A stretch of DNA of 61,607 nucleotides from Chiloscyllium plagiosum (GCF_004010195.1 NC_057752.1:14099419-14161025); one strand, 5' to 3'; counted from the stretch's first letter, positions 1 through 11,765 are shown. Notes: generated by a model not told the origin, from the sequence alone. Numbers and translations are program-made.

Positions 1-260
1 CCCTACTACAACATTTAAATCCTGGAACCTGCAATCCTGTCCCTGTTCTAGCCATGTCTCCGTAATAGCCACAACATCGAAGTCCCAGGTACCAACCCAC
101 GCTGCAAGTTCACCTACCTTATTTCGTATACTTCTTGCATTGAAGTATACACACTTCAAGCCACTTTCCTGTTTACAGGCACCCTCCTTTGAAATTGATG
201 CCATGTTCCTAACCTCCCTACACTCCAGGCCCTGCACCCTGAAGCTACAATCTGGGTTCA
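1..260 (-). mobile_element. CR1 LINE ORF2 5' fragment (AP endonuclease start)
   Basis: Reverse strand reads GLKCVYFNARSIRNKVGELAAWVGTWDFDVVAITETWL, typical of the APE N-terminus (NARS..NK, aitETW motifs). Confidence 0.8.
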
Positions 261-299
261 ATTATATAGCCTCAATTTTGCTTTCGTGGCCTTAATTTT

Positions 300-3130
300 T
301 GAAAATTCACTCATGGGATGTGGATGTCACTGGCTGGGCCCAGCAGTTATTACCCCGTCCCTAGTTGCCCCCTTGAGAAGGTGGGGGTGAGCTGCCATCT
401 TGAACCGCTGCAGTCCATGTGCTGTGGGTTGACCCATAATGCCCTGAGGGAGGGAATTCCAGGATTTTGACCCAGCGACACTGAAGGAATGGCGATGTAT
501 TTCCAAGCCAGGATGGTGGGGGGCTTGGAGGGGAACTTGCAGAGGGTGGTGTTCCCATGTGTCTGCTACCCTTGTCCTTCTAAGTGGAAGTGATGGTGGG
601 TTTGGAAGGTACACCTTGGTGTGTTTCTCATCGGTGTTCACTCAGGAAAAGGAGAATATTGCAGAGGAGAAGAATGAGGTACGAGATATTAGACTGGAAA
701 GGATCGAGGTTAGTTACGCACAGGTGCTATCAATTCTAGAAGGAGTGAAAGTAGACCAGCCCCCTGGGCCGGATGGGATTTATCCGAGGATTCTCTGGGA
801 AGCTAGGGAGGATATAGCAGAGCCTTTGGCTTTGATATTTGAGTCATCATTGTTTACAGGTTTAGTACCAGAGGATTGGAGGATTGCAAATGTTGTGCCC
901 TTGTTCAAGACGGGCAGCAGAGATGACCCAGGTAATTATAGACCAGTGAGCCTTACTTCTGTTGTAGGAAAGGTTTTGGAAAGGATTATAAGAGATAAGA
1001 TTTATAATCATCTAGCAAGCAACAATTTGATTGCAGATAGTCAACATGGTTTCGTCAAGGGCAGGTCGTGTCTCACAAGCCTCACTGAGGTTTTTGAGAA
1101 GGTGACCAAGCATGTAGATGAGGGTAGGGCAGTTGACGTGGTATACTTGGACTTCAGTAAAGCCTTTGATAAGGTTCCACATGGTAGACTGATGGAGAAA
1201 ATGCAGAGGCATGGAATTGAGGGTGATTTAACAATTTGGATTAGAAANNNNNNNNNNNNNNNNNNNNNNNNNNNNNNNNNNNNNNNNNNNNNNNNNNNNN
1301 NNNNNNNNNNNNNNNNNNNNNNNNNNNNNNNNNNNNNNNNNNNNNNNNNNNNNNNNNNNNNNNNNNNNNNNNNNNNNNNNNNNNNNNNNNNNNNNNNNNN
1401 NNNNNNNNNNNNNNNNNNNNNNNNNNNNNNNNNNNNNNNNNNNNNNNNNNNNNNNNNNNNNNNNNNNNNNNNNNNNNNNNNNNNNNNNNNNNNNNNNNNN
1501 NNNNNNNNNNNNNNNNNNNNNNNNNNNNNNNNNNNNNNNNNNNNNNNNNNNNNNNNNNNNNNNNNNNNNNNNNNNNNNNNNNNNNNNNNNNNNNNNNNNN
1601 NNNNNNNNNNNNNNNNNNNNNNNNNNNNNNNNNNNNNNNNNNNNNNNNNNNNNNNNNNNNCATTGGAAAAGGTGCAGAGGAGATTTACCAGGATGTTGCC
1701 TGGTCTGGAGGGAAGGTCTTATGAGGAAAGGCTGAGAGACTTGGGTCTGTTCTCAATGGAGAGAAGAAGGCTAAGAGAGGATTTGATAGAGACATACAAG
1801 AGGATCAGAGGATTAGATAGGGTAGACAGTGAAAGGCTTTTTCCTAGGATGATGATGTCAGCTTGTACGAGGGGGCATAACTACAAATTGAGGGGTGATA
1901 GATTTAAGACAGATGTCAGAGGCAGGTTCTTTACACAGAGAGTGGTAAGGGTGTGGAATGTACTATCTGCTAATGTAGTTAACTCAGCCACATTAGGGAG
2001 ATTTAAACAATCCTTAGATAAGCACATGGATGATGATGGGATAGTGTAGGGGGACGAGCTAAGAATAGTTCACAGGTCAGCGCAACATCGAGGGCCGAAA
2101 GGCCTGTTCTGCGCTGTATTGTTCTATGTTCTGCACAGCGTCTTGTAGATGGGACACACTGCTGCTATTGAGCATCGGTGAGGGAGGGAGTGGATGTTTG
2201 TGGATGTGGGGCCAATCAAGCGGCTGCTTTGTCCTGGATGGTGTTGAGCTTCTTGAGTGTTGTTGGAGCTGCCCCCATCCAGGGTCAAGGGGGGAGTATT
2301 CCATCACACTCCTGACTTGTGCCTTAGAGATGTTGGACAGGCTTTGAGAAGTCAGGGTGTGTGTGACATATCACAGAATTCCCAGTCTCTGACTTTGTTT
2401 ATATAGTTTGCCCCTTTCAATTTCTGGACAATCATAACCCAAGATGTTGATAGTGGGGAATTAAGTGACAGTAACACCATTGAATGTCAAGGGGCGGTGG
2501 TTAGATTGTCTCTTGTTGGTGATGGTCATAGTCTGGCATTTGTGTGGTGTGAATGTTACCTGCCACTCGTCAGTCCAAGCCTGGATATTGTCCAGGTCTT
2601 GCTGCATTTGAACACGGACTGCTTCAGTATCTGAGGAGTCGTGAATGGTGCTGAACACTGTGCAATCTTTGGTGAACATCCCCCACTTCTGACCTTATGA
2701 TGGAGGGAAGGTCATTGATGAAGCAGCTGAAGATGGTTGGGCCCAGGACACTACCCTGAGGAGCTCCTGCAGAGATGTCCTGGGGCTGAGATGACTGACC
2801 TCCACCAACCACAACCATCTTCCTATGTGCCAGGTATGACTCCAACCAGCAGAGAGCCCCCTGATACCCATTGATTCCAGGTTTGCCAGGGCTCCTTGAT
2901 GCCACACTCGGTCGAATGCCGCCTTGATGTCAAGGGCTGTCCCTCTTCCCTCCCCTCTGGAGTTCAGCTCTTTTGTCCATGTTTGAACCAAGGCTGTAAT
3001 GAGGTCAGGAGCTGAGTGACCCTGGTGGGAACCCAAACTGGGCGTCACTGAGCAGGGTATTGCTGAGCAGGTGCTGCTTGATAGCACTGTTGGTGACACC
3101 TTCCATCACTTTCCTGATGATCGAGAGGAG
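300..3130 (-). mobile_element. CR1/L2-group LINE 3' part (family B), interrupted by a CR1 insertion at about 629-2130
   Basis: Minus-strand RT peptides (GHSAPDLITALVQTW..ALDIKAAFDRVWHQG, GAPQGSVLGP, QQDLDNIQAW). The 3' end matches copies at 5920, 26840 and 57985. The sequence resumes after the nested CR1. Confidence 0.8.
629..2130 (+). mobile_element. CR1 LINE, 5'-truncated, RT region plus 3' tail (contains N gap)
   Basis: ORF 559-2049 has PGPDGI, NYRPVSLTS, QHGF, YLDFSKAFDKVPH, LEKVQRRFTRMLPG and RFFTQRVV; ends in a TTCTATG-type tail. Confidence 0.92.
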
Positions 3131-3167
3131 ACTGACGGAACAGCGGGTAGGATGGTCCTGCTTTTGG

Positions 3168-3640
3168 AGTCATAGAGTAATGGAGTCATAGAGGTCTACA
3201 CAGAGAAAAAAGGCCCTTTGGCCCATTGCATCCACACTAATCAAAAACATCCCCTGCACTATTCTAGCCCCATTTTCCAGCATGTGGCTTATAGCCTTGT
3301 ATGCTTTGTTATCACAAGTGCCCATCTAAATAGGTATTTAAGGTCAGGAGGCTTTCTGCCTCTCACACCCTTACAGGCAGGGAGTTTCAGATTCCCGCCA
3401 CCCTCTCAGTGAGAAAGCTTTTCCACAAATATTCTTTAAAACTCGAACCACTGACGTAAGTCTATGCCCCTGGTCATTGATCCTGCTGTCAAGGGGAAAG
3501 TTTCCTTCCTGTCCACCCTGTCTATATCCCTCATTATTGGATACATCTCAGTAATGTCCCCTCCTCAATCTCCTCTGATCCAAGGAAAACATCCCAGTCT
3601 GTCCAATCTCTCTCCATCACAGAAACACTACAGACCAGGC
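3168..3640 (-). mobile_element. CR1 3' fragment
   Basis: GAGTCATAGAG reversed tail and degenerate CR1 C-terminal coding sequence on the minus strand. Confidence 0.7.
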
Positions 3641-3840
3641 AACATCCTGGTAACTCCCCTCTGCTCCAGACCAGACAAAATCCTGGTAAATCTCCTCTGC
3701 TCCAAACCAGGCAACATCCTGGTAAATCTCCCCTGATCCAGACCAGACAACATCCTGGTAAATCTCCTCTGCACCAAACCAGGCAACATCCTGGTAAATC
3801 TCCCCTGATCCAGACCAGGCAACATCCTGGTAAATCTCCT
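3632..3840. repeat. 36-bp minisatellite, about 6 copies, derived from CR1 ORF2
   Basis: Units start at 3632, 3668, 3704, 3740, 3776 and 3812; the minus strand translates as repeated xQRRFTRMLPGL. Confidence 0.9.
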
Positions 3841-3884
3841 GTAAGTCCTGGCAATGAGTGTTTGGCAAACAGTCTACCATGGGG

Positions 3885-4142
3885 TGGCATGGCGGCTCAG
3901 TGGTTAGCACTGCTGCCTCATAACACCAGGGTCCCAGGTTCAATTCCGGCCTCAGGTGACTACCTGTGTAGAGTTTGCACGTTCTCCCACACTCCAAAGA
4001 TGTACAGGTCAGGTAAATTACCCATAGCTTTAGGTGCATTAGTCAGAGGGAAATGTGTCTGGGCGGGTTACTCTTTGGAGGGTCAGTGTGCACTTGCTGG
4101 GCTGAAGGGCCTGTTTCCACACTGTAAGTGATCTAATCTAAT
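3885..4142 (+). mobile_element. HE1-like tRNA-derived SINE
   Basis: A/B-box head (GGCTCAGTGGTTAGCAC..GGTTCAATTCC), GAGTTTGCAC.TTCTCCC core, CR1-like tail with TCTAA repeats. Confidence 0.8.
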
Positions 4143-4625
4143 AGCAGAGTCAAATCTAACCCTTTTCCTGAATGTTACCACACAAGCCTTGCAAGTAAGC
4201 TGTCAACTGGAGAGCAGATCATATCCAGGTCATATCATATTCCCCCTCCCCAGGGTGTGAGCAGTGAATTCACTTGTCTTTCTCTATATTGTTGACCATG
4301 CAGTTAGAATGAGCTAGGGTTCACACAAAATCTACCTGCCCTTCGACCTCCATCATTCTAATCTGGCCAGTTGCTTTTCACAGATGAGATTCTCGTACAA
4401 GGATCATCGAGTCTCAAGAATACAGTTGGCCGCCTCTACCTCTACTGATCTTTGAATCTCATAAAGATCATTGTTTACCCCTGCTGAATCCAGTGAATGA
4501 TTGAGATGGCCAGTTCTGTGACTGTTGAAAAAACACTAAAACTTACTTTGGTTTGGATACCTGTAAATTATAAAATATGCAAAAAAGTCAGCAATTCAGC
4601 TTAAATATCAGGTTAATTTTAAAAA

Positions 4626-4688
4626 GCGTTTCGGTGGTTCGGTGGTAGAACTCTTGCCTGCTGCTCAGATTTGATTCCCAGCTGATGC
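4626..4688 (+). pseudogene. Degenerate tRNA-Gly(GCC)-like pseudogene
   Basis: GCGTTTCGGTGGTTCGGTGGTAGAACTCTTGCCTGC..TTTGATTCCCAGCTGATGC aligns by eye to vertebrate tRNA-Gly-GCC, with a deletion after the anticodon. Confidence 0.6.
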
Positions 4689-4867
4689 TGTTAATTTTGT
4701 GAATTACTCAGAATTTGAGAGTCATCATTAACAGCTTATACAGCTCAGAAATAAATCTTTATTTAACATATTTAGCACTGACTGTATTGTTTACACAAGC
4801 AAAATATAACTAAATCCAGCCAATTGTCCTAAATATAAAATGCAGGCATGATGTGTTTGACTTCCCT

Positions 4868-5445
4868 ACAGTATAGGAACAGGCCCTTCGGCCCAACAAG
4901 TCCACACTGACCCTCCAAAAACTAACTCACCCAGACCCTATGGTTTCAAACGGTGGCTCAGTGGTTAGCACTGCTGCCTCACAGCACCAGGGACGCAGGT
5001 TCGATTCCAGCCTCGGGCAACTGTCTGTGTGGAGTTTGCACATTCTCCCCGTGTCTGTGTGGGTTTCCTCTGGGTGCTCCGGTTTCCTCCCACAGTCCAA
5101 AGATGTGCAGGTCAGGTGAATTGGCCAAGCTAAATTGCCCATAGTGACAGGTGCATGAGTAGGGGAAAGGGTCTGGGTGGGTTACTCTTTGGAGGGTTGG
5201 TGTGGACTTGTTGGGCTGAAGGGCCTGTTTCCACACTGTAGGGAATCGAATCTAATCTAATTACCCCTGACTAATGCACCTAATACCATGGACAATTTAG
5301 TGTGGCCAATTCACCTAACCTACACATCTTTGGAAATCCATGCAGACACAGGGAGAATGTATAAATTCCACACAGTCAACTGAAGTGGGAATTGAACGCA
5401 GGTCTCTGGTGCTGTGAGTCAGCAGTGCTAACCACTGAGCCATCT
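4868..5445. mobile_element. Nested HE1-like SINEs: a + copy (about 4951-5260) inside a - copy
   Basis: Minus-strand tail at 4868-4940 and minus-strand body/head at 5261-5445 flank a complete plus-strand copy. Confidence 0.8.
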
Positions 5446-5806
5446 TCTCAAAACCGTATCAGAATCATTGATTTATTTTCCAACTCTTTCCAGGATAGTG
5501 ATTTGCAGGAGAATCAAGCAGGATTTTCTGTTGATTTGGAATTCATAAGTACACACGTTGTCCATTCAATTTATTGTTTCTCCTTTCCGTTCGTCATTAA
5601 TTATTTAAAGATTGCAGAGAATATAGCGAAACCTCACAGAGACGTAATCAGGGAAAAATTCTTACCAGTCAAAGGAAGAAGCTGGCACGGTGTTGAGTAA
5701 CAGTGGGTTTTAGAGTTGAAGAGGGAATTTTAAAAGGGAATTTTTTTTACATTTTGCTTTTGTTCACAAGCTGTGGGTATCATTAGCTGGCTAAATTAGT
5801 ATTCAC

Positions 5807-5901
5807 ATTCCTGATGAATGGCTTATGCCCGAAATGTCGACTCTCCTGCTCCTGGGATGGTGCCTGACCGGCTGTGCTTTTCCAGCACCGCACTTTTTGA
5901 C
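5807..5901 (+). mobile_element. Short Penelope-like terminal fragment with hammerhead-like core, 11-bp TSD
   Basis: CTGATGA at 5811..GAAATGTC; TTAGTATTCAC duplicated at 5796-5806 and 5902-5912. Confidence 0.75.
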
Positions 5902-5919
5902 TTAGTATTCACTGTCCAT

Positions 5920-6690
5920 TTTTTAAAATTCACTAACAGGAGGTGGGTGTCGCTAGGTTGTCCCTAATTGCCCCTTGAGAAGGTGGTGGTGAGCTGCCAT
6001 CTTGAACCGCTGCAGTCCGTGTGCTGTGGGTTGACCCACAATGCCCTGAGGGAGGGAATTCCAGGATTTTGACCCAGTGACACTGAAGGAACGGTGATAT
6101 ATTTCCAAGTCAGGATGGTGTGGGACTTGGAGGGGAACTTGCAGGGGGTGGTGTTCCCATGTATCTGCTTCCCTTGTCCTTCTAGATGGAAGTGGTTGTG
6201 GGTTTGGAAGGTGCTGCCTGAGGATCTTTGGTGAATTTCTGCAGCGCATCTTGTAGATGGTACACACTGCTGCTACTGAGCGTCGGTGGGGGAGGGAGTG
6301 GATGTTTGTGGATGTGGGGCTGATCAAGTGGGCTGAGCTTCTTGAGTGTTGTTGGAGCTGCCCCAATCCAGGCAAGTGGGGAGTATTCCATCACCCTTCA
6401 TTCCTGATGAAGGGCTTATGCCCAAAACGTCGGATGCTGCCTGACCTGCTGTCCTTTTCCAGCACCATACTCTCGACAGTATTTCATCACACTCCTGACT
6501 TGCGCCTTGTAGGTGGTGGACAGGCTTTGGGGAGTCAGGTGAGTTACCCAATGCAGTATTCCTAACCTCTGACTTGCTCTTGTCGCCATTGTATTTATAA
6601 GGCTTGTCCAGTTAAGTTTCTGGTTAACGGTAAACCCCAGGATGATGATAGAGGGGGATTCAATGATGGCTATGCCACTGAACATCCAGG
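5920..6690 (-). mobile_element. CR1/L2-group LINE family B 3' fragment
   Basis: Homologous to 300-610 and 2135-2490; interrupted by the insertion at 6395-6477. Confidence 0.8.
6395..6477 (+). mobile_element. Short Penelope-like fragment with mutated hammerhead core, 13-bp TSD
   Basis: CTGATGAAGGGCTTATGCCCAAAACGTC; AGTATT(C/T)CATCAC at 6382-6394 and 6478-6490; the empty site is visible in the paralogous LINE at about 2295. Confidence 0.8.
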
Positions 6691-7249
6691 TGTGTTTTCG
6701 GCATGGCTGGGGTAGGGAGTGGGGGGGGGATGTAACTAGTGGCTAGCCCACCACATTCTCCCCAACCCCCCAAACGTGCTCCCATTATACCGAGGGTGGG
6801 AGGGCAGTCAAAATTGGCAGCCTACTCAGCATACACAAATAAATAATTCAGCTGCCCACTCCATGTCAGGCAGGAGTGGGATTCACGACTCCTTTTGGAG
6901 AGCTGCAAACCAGAGGACTTTGGGGCAAGTACGAACATTGGAAGGTGTTCTTTGTCTATTGAGAAGATGACACCCTCCTTCCTTCCCACTCATATTTTAA
7001 GACATATTCTCCCACCTACCCCTCTCCCCAAGTTGGCAGAAATCCCCCATCTCAAAGCAAGCTTGGTGAGGCTTCCAGTGCAGACCTGCCCTGTGCTCAG
7101 TAGGGAGCTCTGGCACTGACAGGACAGATGGAACTGCCAGTCAATTAGATAGTTTGTTACTGTGCCACTTGGGGCTTATGTAACTTGTCTTTACGGATGT
7201 GGGGCGGGTTTGTAACCAGCTGCCCTGCCCCCCTGACTGTGACTCTCCA

Positions 7250-7470
7250 CCAAAAGAACTGTGGATGCTGTAAATCAGAAACAAAAATCAGAAGGTGCTG
7301 GAAAAGCTCAGCAGGTCTGGCAGCACCTGTGAAGAGAAATCTGAGTTAACGTTCCGGGTCAGTTCAGAGGAAGAGTCACTGGACCCGAAACGTCAATTCT
7401 GAATTTTCTTCATGGATGCTGCCTGACCTACTGAGCCTTTCCAGCAACTTTCTGTTTTTGTTTCTGATTT
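7250..7470. mobile_element. Penelope-like inverted terminal repeat pair (second family)
   Basis: Arms at about 7272-7360 and 7382-7470 are reverse complements; degenerate core GAAGAGTCACTGGACCCGAAACGTC. Confidence 0.7.
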
Positions 7471-8020
7471 TCCACCCCTTGTCTACATCGACAGAATGCA
7501 TGTGATATCAAAAGAACAGACTGGTCCAATGTCACATAGGCAATAACCCTTTCAGAGCTCATTACCTTGTGCAACAATGGAGGCCTCTGTTTAACATCCC
7601 ACTCCAACAGGAAGGCAGTGGGAGTGTCAGCTGAGATGATGTGCCTGAGTAATTCAGAGTGGGATGTGAGCCTACAATCTCCTGGCCTAGAGGCAAGCGA
7701 GTTATCCACTGGGCCAGTAGTGGAATGAAAGCAAGTGGGAGAAAGGGAATCCTCAAAAGACTCTGCACCAGAGCTCCACTCTGCTCTCAACAGGAATGTG
7801 GCAGAATTGGGCTTGGCATGTCAGAGTTCGATTGTAAACCCACACTTCTGCTTCTAAGCCCAAAAGGTTTCCTTGCAAAAGGACTCTTTTAAAAACACTA
7901 ACCAGCGCAGAAGAACAATATTCTGGAAATCGACCCTAATAATCGAGGCGCAGATGGGTTAAACCTTGGTATCCATTACCCATACTGTGTACAACTTCAG
8001 ATGGCTGCTTTTTGTCGATT

Positions 8021-8089
8021 CTATTTTTATTGGAATGACGCAAGAGATGGGAATTCCATCGACGTCAATGGAAGCCTGAATTGACGTCC
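8021..8089. promoter_or_regulatory. Candidate signal-responsive enhancer (MEF2-like, three CRE-like, kappaB-like)
   Basis: CTATTTTTAT 8021-8030, TGACGCAA 8036-8043, GGGAATTCC 8049-8057, CGACGTCA 8060-8067, TGACGTCC 8082-8089, inside a repeat-free block of about 1.1 kb. Confidence 0.5.
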
Positions 8090-9159
8090 TTCTGAGCAGG
8101 GTTTGGCTGTACAAAGATGCATTTTTTGGCAAGAGCACAAAGGAAGTGTAGTGTTACTGCACAATGCAGTGCAGTATTACAATCCAGTCCAACAGCATTC
8201 AGCTAGCTATGGCCTGGGACTGCATAGACTGCTATTTGCTCAAACAGAGGGACTACTGTCACATGAAGAACAGAAGGAAGCCTAGATTTAATTACGCTGC
8301 AGATTTCATTGTGCTTTATCACAAGCTATTTCACCTCCCCCCTCCCCTTCCCAGGCAAATGGGTAATAATGGAAAATTAAAATTGTAAGGACAAACACCA
8401 CACAAGCTGTTTGATTGTAAGTTTTACTTTAGATTGGAGGGGATTGCGCATTCTGATGTGGCCAATGCATTGACTTCATTCGTGATGCCTCCATCACTTT
8501 TGTCTGTTCCATAGAGACAGTTCCTGGTTTATGGGTTCACGCAGGAGAATGTTGTTCTGGTGGTGGCGGGGTGGGAGAGGGAGGTGGAGGGTGGGCAACT
8601 GGAGGCGAGATGACAAAATGGCATAAGTCACACACTGGATAGTTACATCGCAGAATTTGCACTCCCTGAGCTTTACCCTCCCAACCAAAAAGTGGGCTAG
8701 TCAATAGGTTTTCTCAAAGACAGTGCCTCTTTAATTGCAAGAAAGAATGCGAGATAATTAGGCTTGTTAAACTGTCGGAGGAATGTGGTTGTACAATTGT
8801 GTAATGCAGCACAGTCACGAGAGATGGTCCTGGGAAATGATCTCTAAGCCAATTGCTCGGACAGATCATAAATCAAGCGTCTTTGGTGCTGGTTCTCAAT
8901 GGAAATCAGTGCTCCCTGCGTTTCAGTTGTTCAGTCTGCGATCTCTTAATGTTAGCCGTTCCTGAGCTCCCCTGGTGATTTCACAGATAAATGCAAACAC
9001 ATGGTGTGCAACAGAATCCCTTGCTGGAGCTGCAGGTTGATGCACTGGCCTGTGCTGGGTTGTCCAATCTCAGTTAGGGTAATTTAGATTTGAAGCTCTG
9101 GGATCCAAGACTGATCACCCCAGAATGGAGGTGAATGGCAAGTGGGACTTGGAGTTTTA

Positions 9160-9710
9160 GATTTAATTCCATCATGCGTACTCAAATATAGAAGTACAGT
9201 GAAAAGTGTATAATATCACCACACGCAGCGCCATCTTAGGTACAAAGGTATTTAAATGCAAAATAGTAAAAGAGTTAAAAGGTTGAGCACTACCTTCATA
9301 GAATAAGTAAAGAAATAAAGTAATAGCTAACGTTAAAGTCCTTCTTTGTTTAAACTAAAAGAAGTAAAGGAATCTCTTAAAACTTCAGCAGTCTTTGATG
9401 AGTCCTCCACTTAGTTCACTCTCTAGGAGACTTTAGCTGTCTACTCTTGATGCTGCTGCTGCAGATACTGGCGGAGCTCCCTCACTGTTCACTCTTCCCG
9501 CATGGGGCCATGATGCTATTGCTGCTGCCACTGTCTTCCCAATCTCCTCCTGCAGCCTCTGGAACGTGCCCAGGCAGGACCCACCTCACATGCCGAGAGA
9601 CCGCCACTCCGGGCTCAGGGACCACCATATCAGGCCGAGACACCATCACGGCTGCCTGGAGACCAGGCTGAGACACCACAGAGCTGAGAGACCACCACAG
9701 ACTGGGAGTT
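9160..9710 (-). mobile_element. Non-autonomous element with Rex-like 3' tail and GC-rich variable body
   Basis: GTACAGTGAAAAGTGTA..GCCATCTTAGGTACAAAG tail shared with 48845 and (inverted) 49755, followed by an A-rich then a GC-rich segment. Confidence 0.5.
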
Positions 9711-9850
9711 GACGGTGGAGAGTGGAGATTTGAATGAGCTTAAGTTTCCAGAGATTGGGTCAGTATTTTGATGAGCTCAGTTGGCTGGATGGCCAGTTTG
9801 TGACACCAACAACACGGGTTCAATTCCTGACTGGTTAAGGTCACCGACAA

Positions 9851-10325
9851 GATGGAGTTTAGTTTAGATAAATGCGAGGTGCTGCATTTTGGGAAAGCAA
9901 ATCTTAGCAGGACTTATACACTTAATGGTAAAGTCCGAGGGAGTGTTGCTGAACAAAGAGACCTTGGAGTGCAGGTTCATAGCTCCTTGAAAATGGAGTC
10001 ACAGGTAGATAGGATAGTGAAGAAGGCATTTGGTATGCTTTCCTTTATTGGTCAGAGTATTGAGTACAGGAGTTGGGAGGTCATATTGCGGCTGTACAAG
10101 ACTTTGGTTAGGCCACTGCTGGAATATTGCGTGCAGAGGAAGTGGTGGAGGCTGGTACAATTGCAACATTTAAGAGGCATTTGGATGGGTAATGAATAGG
10201 AAGGGTGTGAAGGGATATGGGCCGGGTGCTGGCAGGTGGGACTAGATTGGGTTGGGATATCTGGTCGGCATGGATGGGTTGGACCGAAGGGTCTGTTTCC
10301 ATGCTGTACATCTCTATGACTCTAT
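9851..10325 (+). mobile_element. CR1 3' fragment with internal deletion
   Basis: KCEVLHFG..QRDLGVQVHSSLK..LYKTLVRPLLEYCVQ, then a jump to the 3' end and a CTCTATGA tail. Confidence 0.88.
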
Positions 10326-11154
10326 GACCAACTTTGCAACCTCATCTGAAGCATGGTGACATCTCATCACCAGTCACCTCTCGCCACCAGTCACCTTTCC
10401 CCTCTGGGAATACAGCAAGTTTACCTTTCTGTGGACAATGGCCATAAATGAAGAGATCATTGCATCCATAATTTTATTTTAAAAACCCTGTCAAATGTTC
10501 CTTATAAGGTCACGAATATTTGGTAAGGAAGATGTTACTTTACTTCAGGCTAGGGCCTCAGATAGTGTACACTCTGAATTGGAAATCCTGGATCAATAAA
10601 AACCCCTTGGTCCTTCAGGTCGATTCCTCCTGCTGTTTCCTTGATCATGGCCTCTGCTTGATCCATTTAATCAACAAAGACGGAATTTGCAAAGTCTCCC
10701 CCTGGCCTGACAGCCTCCACACCCTCTCCAACAAATAAATCAAACAGTGTCCAGATAGAATGATCTATGGGTAAGCATTCACACAATGGGTAAGCATTTT
10801 TCATATGTTGGGGATTTGGTTTTTAACAGATAGAAAAATAGATCTTGGTTTCCAGTTCTGTGAAGGTGACTTTTCTTAAAACAAAGTTCAAAAAATCATT
10901 TTAAGTCATAAACTGAGCTCAGCTTTATTTTTCTAAGAAAGCCCATGACTTAAGTTAAATGACTCAATCGGCTACCTCGGGGAGTTAATTGCTAAACTGA
11001 TGATACTGAAACAGGAAATCAGGGGCTAAGTAGGTTGAGTTTAGAATTGGAGGAGTCATCCCAGCTGAAGGACAGTTTTAGAGTTTGTAGCAATCTCCAG
11101 GTTGGAAGTGCTTGTAGAAATCTACAGGCTGCAGAATTGGAAAGAAGTAAAAAT

Positions 11155-11765
11155 GAGTGGGCATGCATTTAAGGTACGAGGGGGAAAGTTCAAAGGAGTT
11201 GTGAGGGGCCAGTTTTTTACACAGGGAGTGGTAGGAGTCTGGAACGTGTTGCCGGGGTAGTGGTGGAGGCAGATACTAGAGGGGCGTTTAAGATACTTTT
11301 AAATAAGCACATGGACATGCAAGGAATGGAGGGATATGGGCCAAGAGCAGGCAGAAGGGATTAGGTTAATTTGGCGTCATGTTTGACACATGTTGGGAAA
11401 GTCCAGAACTAGGGGTCATAGTCTAAGAATAAGGGGTAAGGCATTCAGGACTGAGATGAGAAAGAACTTTTTTCACTCAGGGAGTTGTGAACTTGTGGAA
11501 TTCTCTCCCACAGGAAGCTGTGGGGGCCAGTTAATTAGATATCTTCAAGAGGGAGCTGGATGTTGCCCTTGTGGCTAAAGGAGTCAAGGGATAAGGGGAG
11601 AGGGCAGGAATGGGATACTGAGATTGTATGGTCATCCATGATCATATTGAATGGTAGGGCAGGCTCGACGGGCCAAATAGCCTACTGCTGCACCTATTTT
11701 CTATGCTACTATGTAACATCGTAGGCTGAAGGGCTCGTTCCTGTGCTGTACTGTTCTATGTTCTC
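11155..11765 (+). mobile_element. Two nested CR1 3' ends (about 11390-11715 inside an older copy)
   Basis: Two successive TRGH/FFTQ-type 3' regions; the outer tail resumes at about 11715. Confidence 0.7.

Noticed and set aside
559..2049. 496-aa ORF as a host gene
   Set aside because: CR1 reverse transcriptase bridged by Ns; its N-terminus is borrowed from a flanking antisense LINE.
3885..3960. SINE heads as functional tRNA genes
   Set aside because: The A/B boxes continue into SINE bodies, with no full cloverleaf or Pol III terminator.
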